Assembly (NCBI GenBank): GCA_042408215.1
Contig: JAYFMW010000006.1
Location: forward strand, 992,001-1,056,000
Length of the DNA: 64,000 nucleotides
DNA from: Microcoleus sp.
GTDB taxonomy: Bacteria > Cyanobacteriota > Cyanobacteriia > Cyanobacteriales > Microcoleaceae
Direction: 5' to 3'
This document shows, in pieces, positions 20,531 through 31,300 of the stretch (the first letter of the stretch is position 1; every line of letters begins with the position of its first letter). Made by a program: the position numbers and the translations under genes. The notes beneath the pieces were generated by a model. It saw only the letters and a program-made list of their open reading frames with translations. It was not told the DNA's origin and did no database searches.

Positions 20531-21891
20531 CAGGAAATTGGGCGGAGCGTAGCGGAGGGCTAAAACCCCGTCCTTTTAGGACGGCTTTAATTGTAAACCT
20601 TTGTTACAATTAAAGCCCATCTTGTGCTGAAAGATATAGTATAAGGCAGGAGGTAAGGCGATGCTAGTTTTTGAGTTCAAAGCTTACGGAAAATCCAGTC
20701 AGATTGCAGCAGTAAATGAAGCGATTCGTACAGCACAATTTGTCCGCAATAGCTGTTTGCGCTATTGGATGGACAACAAAAAAATAGATAAGTACGATTT
20801 AAACAAATATTGTGCTGTATTGGCTCATAACTTCCCGTTTGCCGACGAACTTAACTCTCAAGCTAGACAAGCTAGCGCCGAACGAGCCTGGTCTGCTATC
20901 TCCCGATTTTACGAGAACTGCAAAAAGTCAATTCCAGGTAAAAAAGGATATCCACAATTTCAGAAAGACTGTCGCTCAGTTGAGTATAAATCAACTGGTT
21001 GGAAACTTGCGGATGACAGAAAAACCATAAAGTTTACCGACAAAAAAGGAATTGGCAAACTCAAGTTGAAAGGCACACGCGACTTGCACTTTTACCAAAT
21101 TAGCCAAATAAAACGGGTAAGATTGGTAAAGCGTGCAGACGGCGTGTACGTTCAATTCTGTGTCGATGTCGATCGAAAGGAAAACACGGAGCCTTCTGGA
21201 AATACCATCGGATTAGACGTAGGATTGAAAGAATATTACACCGATTCTAACGGAGTGATGGTTGAAAATCCGAGATTCCTCCGAATAGGTGAAAAACTTC
21301 TTAAGCGTTCATCACGTCGTGTATCTAGGAAAGTAAAACCTTCAAAAAATAGAGGCAAAGCTAGACAGATTTTAGGTAAGCGCCATCTCAAAATAAGTAG
21401 GCAACGCAAAGACCACGCTGTGAAATTAGCGCGGTGCGTAGTTCAGTCTAACGACTTGATAGCTTAGGTCGATTTGAGAATTAAAAATATGGTGAAAAAT
21501 CATTGTTTAGCTAAGTCAATTAACGATGCTTCTTGGTATCAGTTCCGTGTCTGGATTGAATACTTCGCTAAAGTATTTGAAAGAGTTACGGTTGCGGTAA
21601 ATCCGCAATACACTAGCCAAGAATGCTCTAGCTGCGGTGCAATTGTCAAGAAAACGCTATCCACGAGGACGCACGTTTGCAAGTGTGGATGCACTCTTGA
21701 TAGGGATGAAAACGCAGCTAGAAATATCCTGAGTCGAGGATTGGGTACGGTAGGGCATACCGGAACCCTTGCGCTTAACGCAAGCAACGCTTTGGGAGAA
21801 TTGACCTCTACTCTGGCTGGAGAAATCCTGTCCGCAGCACGTTAGCTCTATGAACAAAGAATCCCCACGCCTTTAGGCTGGGGAGTGTCAA
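20531..21891 (+). mobile_element. IS200/IS605 (IS1341-type, tnpB-only) element
   Basis: Preceded by TTTAT; left hairpin CCCGTCCTTTTAGGACGG; right end GAATCCCCACGCCTTTAGGCTGGGGAGTGTCAA; borders set by comparison with the empty paralogous site at about 22752-22818. Confidence 0.9.
20661..21845 (+). pseudogene. tnpB: TnpB with premature stop
   Basis: GLDVG (RuvC-I); the RuvC-II region reads A*VDL (TAG 21465-21467); C..C...C.C zinc finger; DRDENAA (RuvC-III). Confidence 0.9.
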
Positions 21892-21922
21892 AATATATCT
21901 ACAACTAATAGGAAGCGCGACC

Positions 21923-22642
21923 ATGACAGCAGTCGTTCCCACCCTCAAAAAATCTGAAATCGTATACCCTAGCGCTGATGGAGAACCAGTGGCAGAAACT
22001 TACGACCATCTTTACGCAATTGTAACTACTTTAGAAGTCTTAAAACAATACCTCGCAGACCGTCGAGCTACTGTTTTAGCAAATCAATTTTTATACTACG
22101 CTCAAGGTTTCCCAAAAGTCCGCGTAGCACCTGATGTGATGGTAATTTTTGATGTAGAACCGGGTGGCAGAGATAATTACAAAATCTGGGAAGAAGGCCA
22201 AGTGCCGAAAGTGATTTTTGAAATGACATCACTAAGCACGCAGTCGGAAGATAAACTCATTAAAAAAGACTTGTACGAAAGGTTAGAAGTTCAGGAATAC
22301 TGGTTATTTGACCCGAAAGGTGAATGGATTTCTGAAAAATTGCGCGGGTATCGACTGGGGGTAGAGGGGTATCAAGTAATTACAGATAATCGCAGCGAAG
22401 TATTGCAACTACGTTTAGAAATAGAAGGAAAACTGATTGGGTTTTATCGGGAGGATAAGGTCGAGAAATTATTGATTCCTGATGAATTGGCTTCAGCTTT
22501 AAAGGCGGAACGGCAACGTGCAGAAGCGGAAAGTCAGCGTGCAGAATCGGAAAGTCAACGTGCAGAAGTGGAAAGTCAGCGTGCTGCTGAACTCGAATCT
22601 TTGCTAGCGCGTTATCGAGAGCAGTTTGGAAAATTGCCATAG
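21923..22642 (+). CDS. Uma2 family protein
   Basis: VAPDVMV, FEMTS, EYWLFDP. Confidence 0.9.
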   Translation: MTAVVPTLKKSEIVYPSADGEPVAETYDHLYAIVTTLEVLKQYLADRRATVLANQFLYYAQGFPKVRVAPDVMVIFDVEPGGRDNYKIWEEGQVPKVIFEMTSLSTQSEDKLIKKDLYERLEVQEYWLFDPKGEWISEKLRGYRLGVEGYQVITDNRSEVLQLRLEIEGKLIGFYREDKVEKLLIPDELASALKAERQRAEAESQRAESESQRAEVESQRAAELESLLARYREQFGKLP

Positions 22643-22649
22643 GAGAAGT

Positions 22650-22752
22650 CCATAGATTGCAGGTTTATGGGGTACATTCAATATCCCCGTAGGGACACGG
22701 CTTTACCGTGTCTCTACAGAAGCTGGTACCTACATACCTGAAAAGTGCTGTA
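22650..22752. repeat. Outer TIR mini-element holding an uninterrupted REP (GTAGGGACACGG..CCGTGTCTCTAC)
   Basis: Ends resemble those of 18705-19055; no inner MITE. Confidence 0.6.
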
Positions 22753-22818
22753 TTAACCTACTGGGTTGCAGCAAAAAAGTTTATAATACATTATCGATAA
22801 CTAATAGGAAGCGCGACC

Positions 22819-23487
22819 ATGACAACAGTCGTTCCCACCCTCAAAACTTCTGAACTCGTATACCCTAGCGCTGATGGAGAACCAGTGGCAGAAACTTACG
22901 ACCATCTTTACGCAATTTTAACCACTTTAGAAGTCTTAAAACAATACCTAGCTGACCGTCGAGCTACTGTTTTAGCAAACCAATTTTTGTACTACGCTCA
23001 AGGCTTCCCAAAATTGCGCGTAGCACCTGATGTGATGGTAATTTTTGATGTAGAACCAGGTGGCAGAGATAATTATAAAATCTGGGAAGAAGGTCAAGTG
23101 CCGAAAGTAATTTTTGAAATCACATCACCAGCTACAAAGTCGGAAGATATCATCAATAAAAAAGAATTGTATGAGGGGATAGAAGTTCAAGAATATTGGT
23201 TATTTGACCCTAGAGGTGAATGGATTCCTGAACAATTGCGCGGGTATCGATTGGGGGAAGATGGGTATGAATTAATTGGAGATAGTCGCAGCGAGGTATT
23301 GCAACTGCGGTTGGAAATAGAAGGAAAATTGATTGGGTTTTATCGGGAAGATAAGGTCGAGAAATTATTGATTCCCGATGAATTGGCTTCAGCTTTGCAA
23401 GCAGAACGGCAGCGGGCTGCTGAACTCGAATCTTTGCTAGCGCGTTATCGAGAGCAGTTTGGAGAATTGCCGCAGGATAACGGCTAA
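22819..23487 (+). CDS. Uma2 family protein, tandem paralog of 21923-22642
   Basis: Very similar protein and upstream leader. Confidence 0.9.
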   Translation: MTTVVPTLKTSELVYPSADGEPVAETYDHLYAILTTLEVLKQYLADRRATVLANQFLYYAQGFPKLRVAPDVMVIFDVEPGGRDNYKIWEEGQVPKVIFEITSPATKSEDIINKKELYEGIEVQEYWLFDPRGEWIPEQLRGYRLGEDGYELIGDSRSEVLQLRLEIEGKLIGFYREDKVEKLLIPDELASALQAERQRAAELESLLARYREQFGELPQDNG

Positions 23488-23706
23488 AGATGCAGGGGTG
23501 CGATCGCACTTCAAGCCCGTCGATCGCACTTCTAATTCTCCGGTAAATTGTTAGTTGAAGTCCTTGACAAATGTCAAGTTTTGTGTTATGGGGTCGCATC
23601 TCAAATTTTAAATCGGTGAGGGGCGATCGTTTTGCGATCGAACTTGGGCATTCTAGATATAGGTACTGTGTAAGTGCCTGGAAACCTTCTAGGCAAAGGA
23701 TTGACG

Positions 23707-24102
23707 ATGGAAAGTACGCAGAAAAAATCTGGTGATGGTCTGGTTAATAAGCGCGATCGAATTAAGCAGATTTTTGCGTTAGTGTCAATGGTTTCGTTTG
23801 GTGGTTCGGCAATTTTTGGTATTGTCAGTCTGTTCAGCAGCGGTTTGAGCAGTCAGCACCAGCAAAAGCAGGCTGCGGTGGCTGTGTCTCAGGAGTCTTT
23901 GCTGGCGGCGCAGGAACGGGGATATTTAACTGTTTTGCAGCGGGAACCGCAGAATCAGACGGCTCTGGAGGGGTTGGCAAATGTGCGGTTGCAGATGAAT
24001 AATCAGGTGGGGGCGATCGCTCCTTTGGAGAAGTTGGTTAAGCTGCATGGCGATCGGGCTGATTATAAGGTATTGTTGGGGCAGGTGAAGGGGAAGAAGT
24101 AG
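23707..24102 (+). CDS. Small membrane-anchored TPR protein
   Basis: TM helix then GY..VLQREP.N.TAL.GL, similar to the N-terminal part of 46721-47629. Confidence 0.75.
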   Translation: MESTQKKSGDGLVNKRDRIKQIFALVSMVSFGGSAIFGIVSLFSSGLSSQHQQKQAAVAVSQESLLAAQERGYLTVLQREPQNQTALEGLANVRLQMNNQVGAIAPLEKLVKLHGDRADYKVLLGQVKGKK

Positions 24103-24163
24103 CGGAAAGGGCGATTCCCACAAAAAGTTAACACTTAGAAAATTCTGAGTAAAATAGAAATAA

Positions 24164-27100
24164 ATGGTTATAAGTCAACATATACTTTTGTATTCAGATG
24201 ATCCAGGAATAGGGGGAAGTGCACGATACGATCACTCAATTCTATGTGGTTTAGCAACGTCAGGATACCAAGTCTCTTATGTAAACTCCGAGACATCCAG
24301 CCCAATGATAACTTGCCAAAAAAAGCTGGGGATTCAACATTGGTGGCTGGATTTCAATACAGTTAATGAGTTTGGACGTACCTTGACCAATCCATCCGAT
24401 GCTCAAAGAATTTTATCTAGTGCTAAACCAGATCTAATTGTCTTTAGTGATGCCTGTCCCCTATCTAATTTTGCAGCTAAGCAGGTAGCCATTCAACTTA
24501 GAATTTCCTACATTACTGTTGTAGGTTTTGCAGCTCCCTATCTAGCCGAGCGATTTACTGACTACTTAGAAGAAGTGGCACATCATTATGAGGAAGCTAA
24601 ATTTGTTTTGGCAATCGCCAGCGAAACTTTGAATTTACTGCATGAACTATTTAGGCTTCCTAAAGATAAGGGAGAAGTTATTTACTGGGGACGACCTAGT
24701 GAGTATTTTGAAACTCCCAAGGCAGCAACTCGACAACGCCTACGCCAAGAATTTGATATTCCTTTAAATGCTGTGGTTTGTTTTACGGCTGCTCGCTTAG
24801 ATCCGAGGAAAGGATTTGAATATCAGATAGAAGCCATTAAACAGCTTCATCAAAGCTCAGTATGGTCTAAACTTTACTTTGTTTGGGCTGGTTTTGGAGC
24901 TTTAGAAACTCAGCTCAGGGAGACAGTAAAGCAACTAGGAGTAGACACGCAAGTTAAAATATTAGGACAGCGATGGGATATTTCAGACTGGATGGATGCT
25001 GCTGATATTTTTATTTTGCCTTCCGTATTAGAATCATTAGGGCTAGCTATTATAGAGGCGATGGCAAAAGGACTCCCAGTAATAGCTTCAGCAGTTGGTG
25101 GAATTCCCGAAGTTTTGGGCGATACTGGCAAACTACTTCCCGATCCAAAAATAGATTCGCAGGGCACAGTTAGAGATTTAGTTAAAACAGTTAGTGCTTG
25201 GTGCGCGAATTCAAAATTACGTCTGTCAATAGGTCAGTCTTGCAAAAAGCGAGCCGAAAATATGTTTAGGGAAGAACAAATGGTCACAAATACTATTGAA
25301 GTCATTGAACGTGCTTTATTACCAATCAGAGATTATGTTTCACCAGGTCTATCAATAATTCTGCCTGATAAATGCTTTCCAAACATGATCGTAGCAGACC
25401 CAAAAACTTGTCCTTGGCCATACCAGCGTCAGGGTATTCCTCACAACTGGTATGTGGACAGGCGCTTTCCAGATGTAGGATTTCAGAATAGAGATGAAGC
25501 CCATATTCTTTACAATACAGCTTTGAAATTTCAGGGAAAAAGAGCTCTAGAAATAGGGTGCTTTATGGGTTGGTCAACTTGTCATTTAGCACTGGGAGGA
25601 GTTGAGCTAGACGTTATCGATCCTTTGTTGGGAAGAGCAGATTTTTATGAAAGTGTAAGCAATTCGCTTCAATGCGCTGGCGTGCTGAACTCAGTTAATC
25701 TAATAGCTGGCTTTAGTCCACAGAAAGTAGAAGAATTAACAACTCAATTACAACGTCGTTGGTCATTAATTTTTATTGATGGAGAACACGCTGCTCCCGG
25801 TCCCCTCCAAGATGCTATTGTTGCTAATAAAGTTGCCGAAGCAGACGCTATAGTTTTATTTCACGATTTACCATCTCCTGATGTCGCCCAAGGCTTAGAT
25901 TACCTAAGACAAAATGGATGGAATACAATGGTTTATCAAACAATGCAAATCATGGGTGTGGCTTGGCGAGGGAATGTAGAGCCTGTTAAACATTTGCCAG
26001 ACCCCAAAGTTAAATGGCACTTGCCAGAGCACATAAAACATTATTCTGTCAGCGGTATATCACCTCAGTTTCTTACTGGACTCTCTAGCTATGTTGAGCA
26101 ATACCAGAAAGATTCCTCAGAACAATCTGTATTAGCTGATCTGCGTCAAACCAGAAAAAATATCGCTGAACTGTGGCTTAATACAGCAGATGTTCTGCTT
26201 GAAAGTGTCTACTTGAGCGACATCGGTAAAGGTCATCAACTAATACTAGGTAGTGGAATTTGCAATCAACCTCTAACCACAAGTGAACAGACTTTTGTGG
26301 GCGAGCTAGTAACCATAATTTCTTCTAAAGGATTTGACAATCCAAAAGCTATCCAGTGTGTACTAGCTGGAATGCTCTATGTCAATGCTTATCATTTATC
26401 CCTTCCACAGGATCTCCCTCGCATTCCTCATTGGCTCCTCAACGACTATCTGAAATTTATACTTAACTGTCGCCCATATTTTCAAGAAATTGGCGAGGCA
26501 GATAGTTACTGCAAATATATGCAGGAAATAGTAAATTACTTACACCGATCTATTTTTACGAATCCAAATTCTGATTTTTGGCATAATGTAGCTAGTCAAT
26601 TTTTACAAATCACATCCTTCATACCTCTTTATTTTAATGAAGTTAATCTTAAAGACCTTTATATTAAACGTTCGGAAATTACAGCATTTGCTCTCAAAGA
26701 AGAAGGACAGGAAGTTGACTGGGAATTTGCTGAGCGCTCTTTAACCAGAAAAAAAATTCGGCTGGGTATCCTGGCTTCACATTTCACGCCAGCAGCGGAA
26801 ACCTTTGCCTCACTGCCTGTGTATGAGTATATCAGTCGAGATTTTGAAGTTATTTTGTATTCCTTAATTAGCAATGGGCATCCCCTAGAGGAATATTGTC
26901 AAAGCTGCGCTAATTCGTTTAAGCTGCTGCCTAAAAATTTAAATGAACAGGTCAAATTAATTCGGGAAGACGACCTAGACATATTGTTTATTGCCACAAA
27001 TGTGACAGCAGTCACTAACCAAATATATCTACTAGCACTGCACCGAATGGCAAGAATTCAAGTAACCAGTGTTGCCTCAGTAGTAACCACAGGAATACGG

Positions 27101-28285
27101 AATATAGATTATTATATTTCTGGTAAATTGACCGAATCGTTTGAAAATGCAGAACAGCACTACCAGGAGGAATTATTAAAACTTGATGGTTCTGCACATT
27201 GCTTTAGTTATGGAAACGATCAAAATCTAGCTAGTACAAAAGTAAATCGGGAAAGCATCGGTATAGCAGAAGACGCAGTAGTTTTTATCTCAGGAGCTAA
27301 CCTGTTTAAAATTATTCCAGAGTTGCGTAATACTTGGGCCAAAATAGTAGCTGCTGTCCCGAACTCAGTGTTAGTTCTTTATCCGTTTGGGCCAAACTGG
27401 TCCAATTCTTATCCCAAGCAAGTCTTTATAGAGAGTCTAAATGCAGCCTTTTTACAGCACGGTGCAGATCCAGATAGTTTGCTGATATTAGACCCTACAC
27501 CTGTACCAAACCGATATGATATCAAAGAATACCTGAAGCTGGCAGATATATATCTTGATTCCCATCCCTTTTCAGGAACAACATCTGTGATTGACCCCTT
27601 GGAAGTTGGTCTACCTATAGTAGCAAGACAAGGAGCTTGCTTCCGCTCTGCAATGGGTGCAGCACTTCTACAACAACTAGGCATACCAGATTTAGTTGCC
27701 GAAAGTGAAGAGTCTTACATCGAATTAGCGATCGCCCTCGGAACTCACCCTGAATTTAGCCACCAAAAGAGTGCTCAGATTAAGCAAAAAATGCAGGGAA
27801 ATCCGGGATTTCTAGACAGCCGCTCTTACTCCGCTGAAATCGGCAGGCTGTTCCAAGAAATTTTCAGAAAATACCAGTCAAATGCTCTGACTACAAGACT
27901 AAATTTGAGAGATATAAATCTGATTATTTTTCCAGACTGGAGTCAGCCAGAAGAATTACTGTTACCAGGTTTAGCCAGTGCGATCGCAGCGGTCGCAGTT
28001 CATCCAGATAAGAGCCAGATAACTCTACTTGTAGACAACAGCAATATTTCTGATGAAGATGCTAATCTAGCTTTATCTAGTGTTGCCATGAATCTTCTTA
28101 TGGAAGAAGATTTAGACGTTTCTGGTGGTCCTGAAATTGCACTCATCGGAGAGTTTAGCAAAATCCAGTGGGAAGCTCTAATGCCTCGCCTTCACGCTAG
28201 AATCGTCTTGGAAAATGAGAACAGAGAGGCGATCGCTCAAGCTAAGGCAGAAAATCTTGCCCTATGGCAAATAGACAGTTTGTAG
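24164..28285 (+). CDS. Fusion: GT4 glycosyltransferase + SAM methyltransferase + GT41 (OGT/SPINDLY/HMW1C-like) glycosyltransferase
   Basis: ESLGLAIIEAMAKGLPVI (GT4); LEIGCFMG and FIDGEH (MTase); KIRLG, DIYLDSHPFSGTTS..D.L.VGLP (GT41). Confidence 0.85.
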   Translation: MVISQHILLYSDDPGIGGSARYDHSILCGLATSGYQVSYVNSETSSPMITCQKKLGIQHWWLDFNTVNEFGRTLTNPSDAQRILSSAKPDLIVFSDACPLSNFAAKQVAIQLRISYITVVGFAAPYLAERFTDYLEEVAHHYEEAKFVLAIASETLNLLHELFRLPKDKGEVIYWGRPSEYFETPKAATRQRLRQEFDIPLNAVVCFTAARLDPRKGFEYQIEAIKQLHQSSVWSKLYFVWAGFGALETQLRETVKQLGVDTQVKILGQRWDISDWMDAADIFILPSVLESLGLAIIEAMAKGLPVIASAVGGIPEVLGDTGKLLPDPKIDSQGTVRDLVKTVSAWCANSKLRLSIGQSCKKRAENMFREEQMVTNTIEVIERALLPIRDYVSPGLSIILPDKCFPNMIVADPKTCPWPYQRQGIPHNWYVDRRFPDVGFQNRDEAHILYNTALKFQGKRALEIGCFMGWSTCHLALGGVELDVIDPLLGRADFYESVSNSLQCAGVLNSVNLIAGFSPQKVEELTTQLQRRWSLIFIDGEHAAPGPLQDAIVANKVAEADAIVLFHDLPSPDVAQGLDYLRQNGWNTMVYQTMQIMGVAWRGNVEPVKHLPDPKVKWHLPEHIKHYSVSGISPQFLTGLSSYVEQYQKDSSEQSVLADLRQTRKNIAELWLNTADVLLESVYLSDIGKGHQLILGSGICNQPLTTSEQTFVGELVTIISSKGFDNPKAIQCVLAGMLYVNAYHLSLPQDLPRIPHWLLNDYLKFILNCRPYFQEIGEADSYCKYMQEIVNYLHRSIFTNPNSDFWHNVASQFLQITSFIPLYFNEVNLKDLYIKRSEITAFALKEEGQEVDWEFAERSLTRKKIRLGILASHFTPAAETFASLPVYEYISRDFEVILYSLISNGHPLEEYCQSCANSFKLLPKNLNEQVKLIREDDLDILFIATNVTAVTNQIYLLALHRMARIQVTSVASVVTTGIRNIDYYISGKLTESFENAEQHYQEELLKLDGSAHCFSYGNDQNLASTKVNRESIGIAEDAVVFISGANLFKIIPELRNTWAKIVAAVPNSVLVLYPFGPNWSNSYPKQVFIESLNAAFLQHGADPDSLLILDPTPVPNRYDIKEYLKLADIYLDSHPFSGTTSVIDPLEVGLPIVARQGACFRSAMGAALLQQLGIPDLVAESEESYIELAIALGTHPEFSHQKSAQIKQKMQGNPGFLDSRSYSAEIGRLFQEIFRKYQSNALTTRLNLRDINLIIFPDWSQPEELLLPGLASAIAAVAVHPDKSQITLLVDNSNISDEDANLALSSVAMNLLMEEDLDVSGGPEIALIGEFSKIQWEALMPRLHARIVLENENREAIAQAKAENLALWQIDSL

Positions 28286-28342
28286 GCAATGAAGAGCTGA
28301 GAAACTTAGAGAACGAACTCAATACCTACGTTTTTGAAAAAT

Positions 28343-31300
28343 ATGGATGATCAAAGATTTTTCGAGCAACTCCCTAGCTTGTATGAAAACTGGGAACAAG
28401 GTTTAGCCTTTCCCAAGTCGGATCGGTTTCAGAAAATCCTGAATCAAGTGACAGGTATGACAACAGCAAATGTTATGCAGTTGCTCAATTTTGCGGTGGA
28501 ATGCCTGGAACCTAATGAGGTTTACTGTGAAGTGGGATGCTTCCAAGGTGCAAGTTTAATTGCAGCCCTTCTGGATCATCCAGAGCGCATGGCTTATGCA
28601 GTGGATAACTTTTCGGAATTTGATACTTTTGGGGATAGTTTTGAAAAATTGACGGAAAATTTATCAAGTTTCAATTTGTCAGATCAAGTCTTTTTTTGTA
28701 ATCAAGAGTTTGAAGAGTTTTTCTCTGATCTGGGTGGACTTGAGACAGAAGATAAAATTGGTTTTTATTTTTATGATGGCTCCCACGACTACCGATCGCA
28801 TTTAATGGGATTACTTTTGGTAAGACCTTTCCTGGCTGAGCGAGCGATTATTCTTGTCAGCAATAGCAATTGGTCAGCCCCGCAACAAGCTAACTACGAT
28901 TTCCTCGCTGCTCATCCTCAATGCCAGTTACTTTTAGATAAGGCGGACGGCGATGATGATAATTATAAAATTTGGAACGGCGTGCAACTTTTTGTTTGGG
29001 ATGGGACTAGAAAGCATCGAGAAGATGGGGAAACTTTCGGAGCAAGACGAAATAAAGAAGTCATTGCATCCTTAAATAAGCTGCAAGAAGCAGAGCGCAA
29101 AAAACAGATAGATACTCTCCATAACGAAGCCGTAGAATTGCATTGTTCTGGTGCAATAACACCGATAAATAAGGGTAAGCTTGTCAATACAGAGAATGAA
29201 GAATCATTTTTATCATTGTCAAACGAAAATCTGAAAAAAGCAGAGAAAAAATACCAAGAAGTTTTGCGACTGGAACCAGGAAATGCAGATGCTTGGCTCC
29301 ATTTGGGTACGCTTTATTACATGAAAGAGCAATATCAAGATGCACTATTGTTACTGATCAAGTCTATAGAGATTGACCCGTTAAAAACTATCAGGCATTA
29401 CAATTTGGGTGTGGTGCTAGAAGCTGTTGGCGATCGCTCGCAAGCTATTCGAGCTTATCAAGAGGCGATTAAACTCGATCCTCAGAATATCCAAGCTTAT
29501 AACAATTTAGGTAATATCCTTGCACAAGCGGGTGAAATCGAGCAAGCTGAATCAGTTTATCGTCAGGCGATCGCAGCTAATCCAGAACACTTTGGTGGCT
29601 ATCTGAATTTGGGCAACATTCTGATGTTGCGGCAGCAAATTGATCGGGCGATCGCAGCCTATGAAACAGCCCTTAGACTCCAGCCACGCTATCCTGACAT
29701 TCTCAATAATCTAGGGCTAGCATTTGAAGCTAAAAATGATAAAGCCCAAGCTTCTTCCTACTTAGGATATGCTTTTTATCGACAGAATAAACATGAAATA
29801 GCGATTAATTACTTTCAAAAGTTTCTCGAAATTCAAACTGGAGATAGAGATTTTTATATAGCCTTGGCTGACTGCTATCAATTAACGAATCAATATGATG
29901 AAGCTTTGAAAGTGTATGAAGATAGCATCAGTTTATACCCGCAGGACGAGAACCTTTACTTTTCATGGATATTAACCTTGCAAAAGGCTGGGCGAACCCA
30001 GGAAGCGATCGCAGTGGCTAGCAAGGCCTCACAACTGCTCCCAAATGCTTTACAACTGAAGCGAGAAGCAGAACTCCTACTGCCTGTAATTTATGAATAC
30101 CCAGAAGAAATTAAGTTTTATAGGCAACGATTTACTCAGGGATTGCAGAATTTTAGTCAGGAAATCTCCTTAGACACTGCTGACATGAAAAAGAATTCTT
30201 TCAGGGGAATCAGTTGCTATCAAAACTTTCTACTTCAATACCAAGGTAGTAACGACTTAGAGTTACAAAAACAGTACGGAGAGTTAGTTCATAGAATCAT
30301 GGCTGCTAACTATCCCCACTGGGTATTGCCCCGCCCAATGCCTACCCTCAACCCAACAGAGAAAATTCGGATTGGTTATGTTTCTCATGGTATGCGCGGA
30401 AATGGGGTAGGCAAACTTTTGCTTGGCTGGCTTCGCAACTGCGATCGCCAGCAATTTGATGTGTATTGCTATCACATTAATCCCGAACAGGACGCCCTAA
30501 CTGAAAAATTTCGAGTTTATAGCGACGTTTTTCATCAGATTGGAAACGATCTAGAAGGCGTTTGTCAACAAATTGTCTCAGACAAATTGCACCTCCTGGT
30601 TTTTGTAGAAATTGGGATGCACCCGCAGATGATACAAATGGCAGCATTGCGACTTGCACCCATCCAATGTGCGAGCTGGTTACATCCAGTTACGTCGGGT
30701 CTGCCAACGATAGATTACTTCCTATCTAGTGAGGCAATGGAACCAGAGAATGCTGCGGAACATTACTCTGAACAACTAATCCGCTTGCCTAAGTTAGGAA
30801 TGTCTTGTACTAAACCAATCATTCCTACACAGACAAAAAAAAGAGCGGATTTTCAACTGCGCGATGACGCGGTAGTGTATCTATCCTGTCAAACTCTGTC
30901 TAAGTATCTCCCGCAGTATGATTATATCTACCCAGAAATTGCTCAAAAAGTACCTCAATCTCAGTTTGTCTTCGTAGCTCACCAAAGCCCCCTGATTACT
31001 GAGAAATTACAGCAACGTCTTAAACAAGCTTTTGCTAAGTATGGCTTGAAAAATGAAGACTACTGCATCATTTTACCCAGGCAAACTGTCATTAGTTACT
31101 GGCAACTTAATCTACTTGCAGATATTTTCCTAGACACCTTTAGTTGGTCGGGAGGCATTACTACCCTCGAAGCGATCGCTTGTAATTTGCCCATCGTCAC
31201 CTGTCCTGGGGAATTGATGCGCGGTCGTCAATCCTGTGGGATGCTAAACATACTAGGTCTAACAGATACGATTGCCCAAGATGAGGCAGAGTATATTGAC

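Noticed and set aside
21923..23487. DGR-like TR/VR pair between the Uma2 paralogs
   Set aside because: Differences span whole genes and are not obviously adenine-specific; consistent with ordinary duplication
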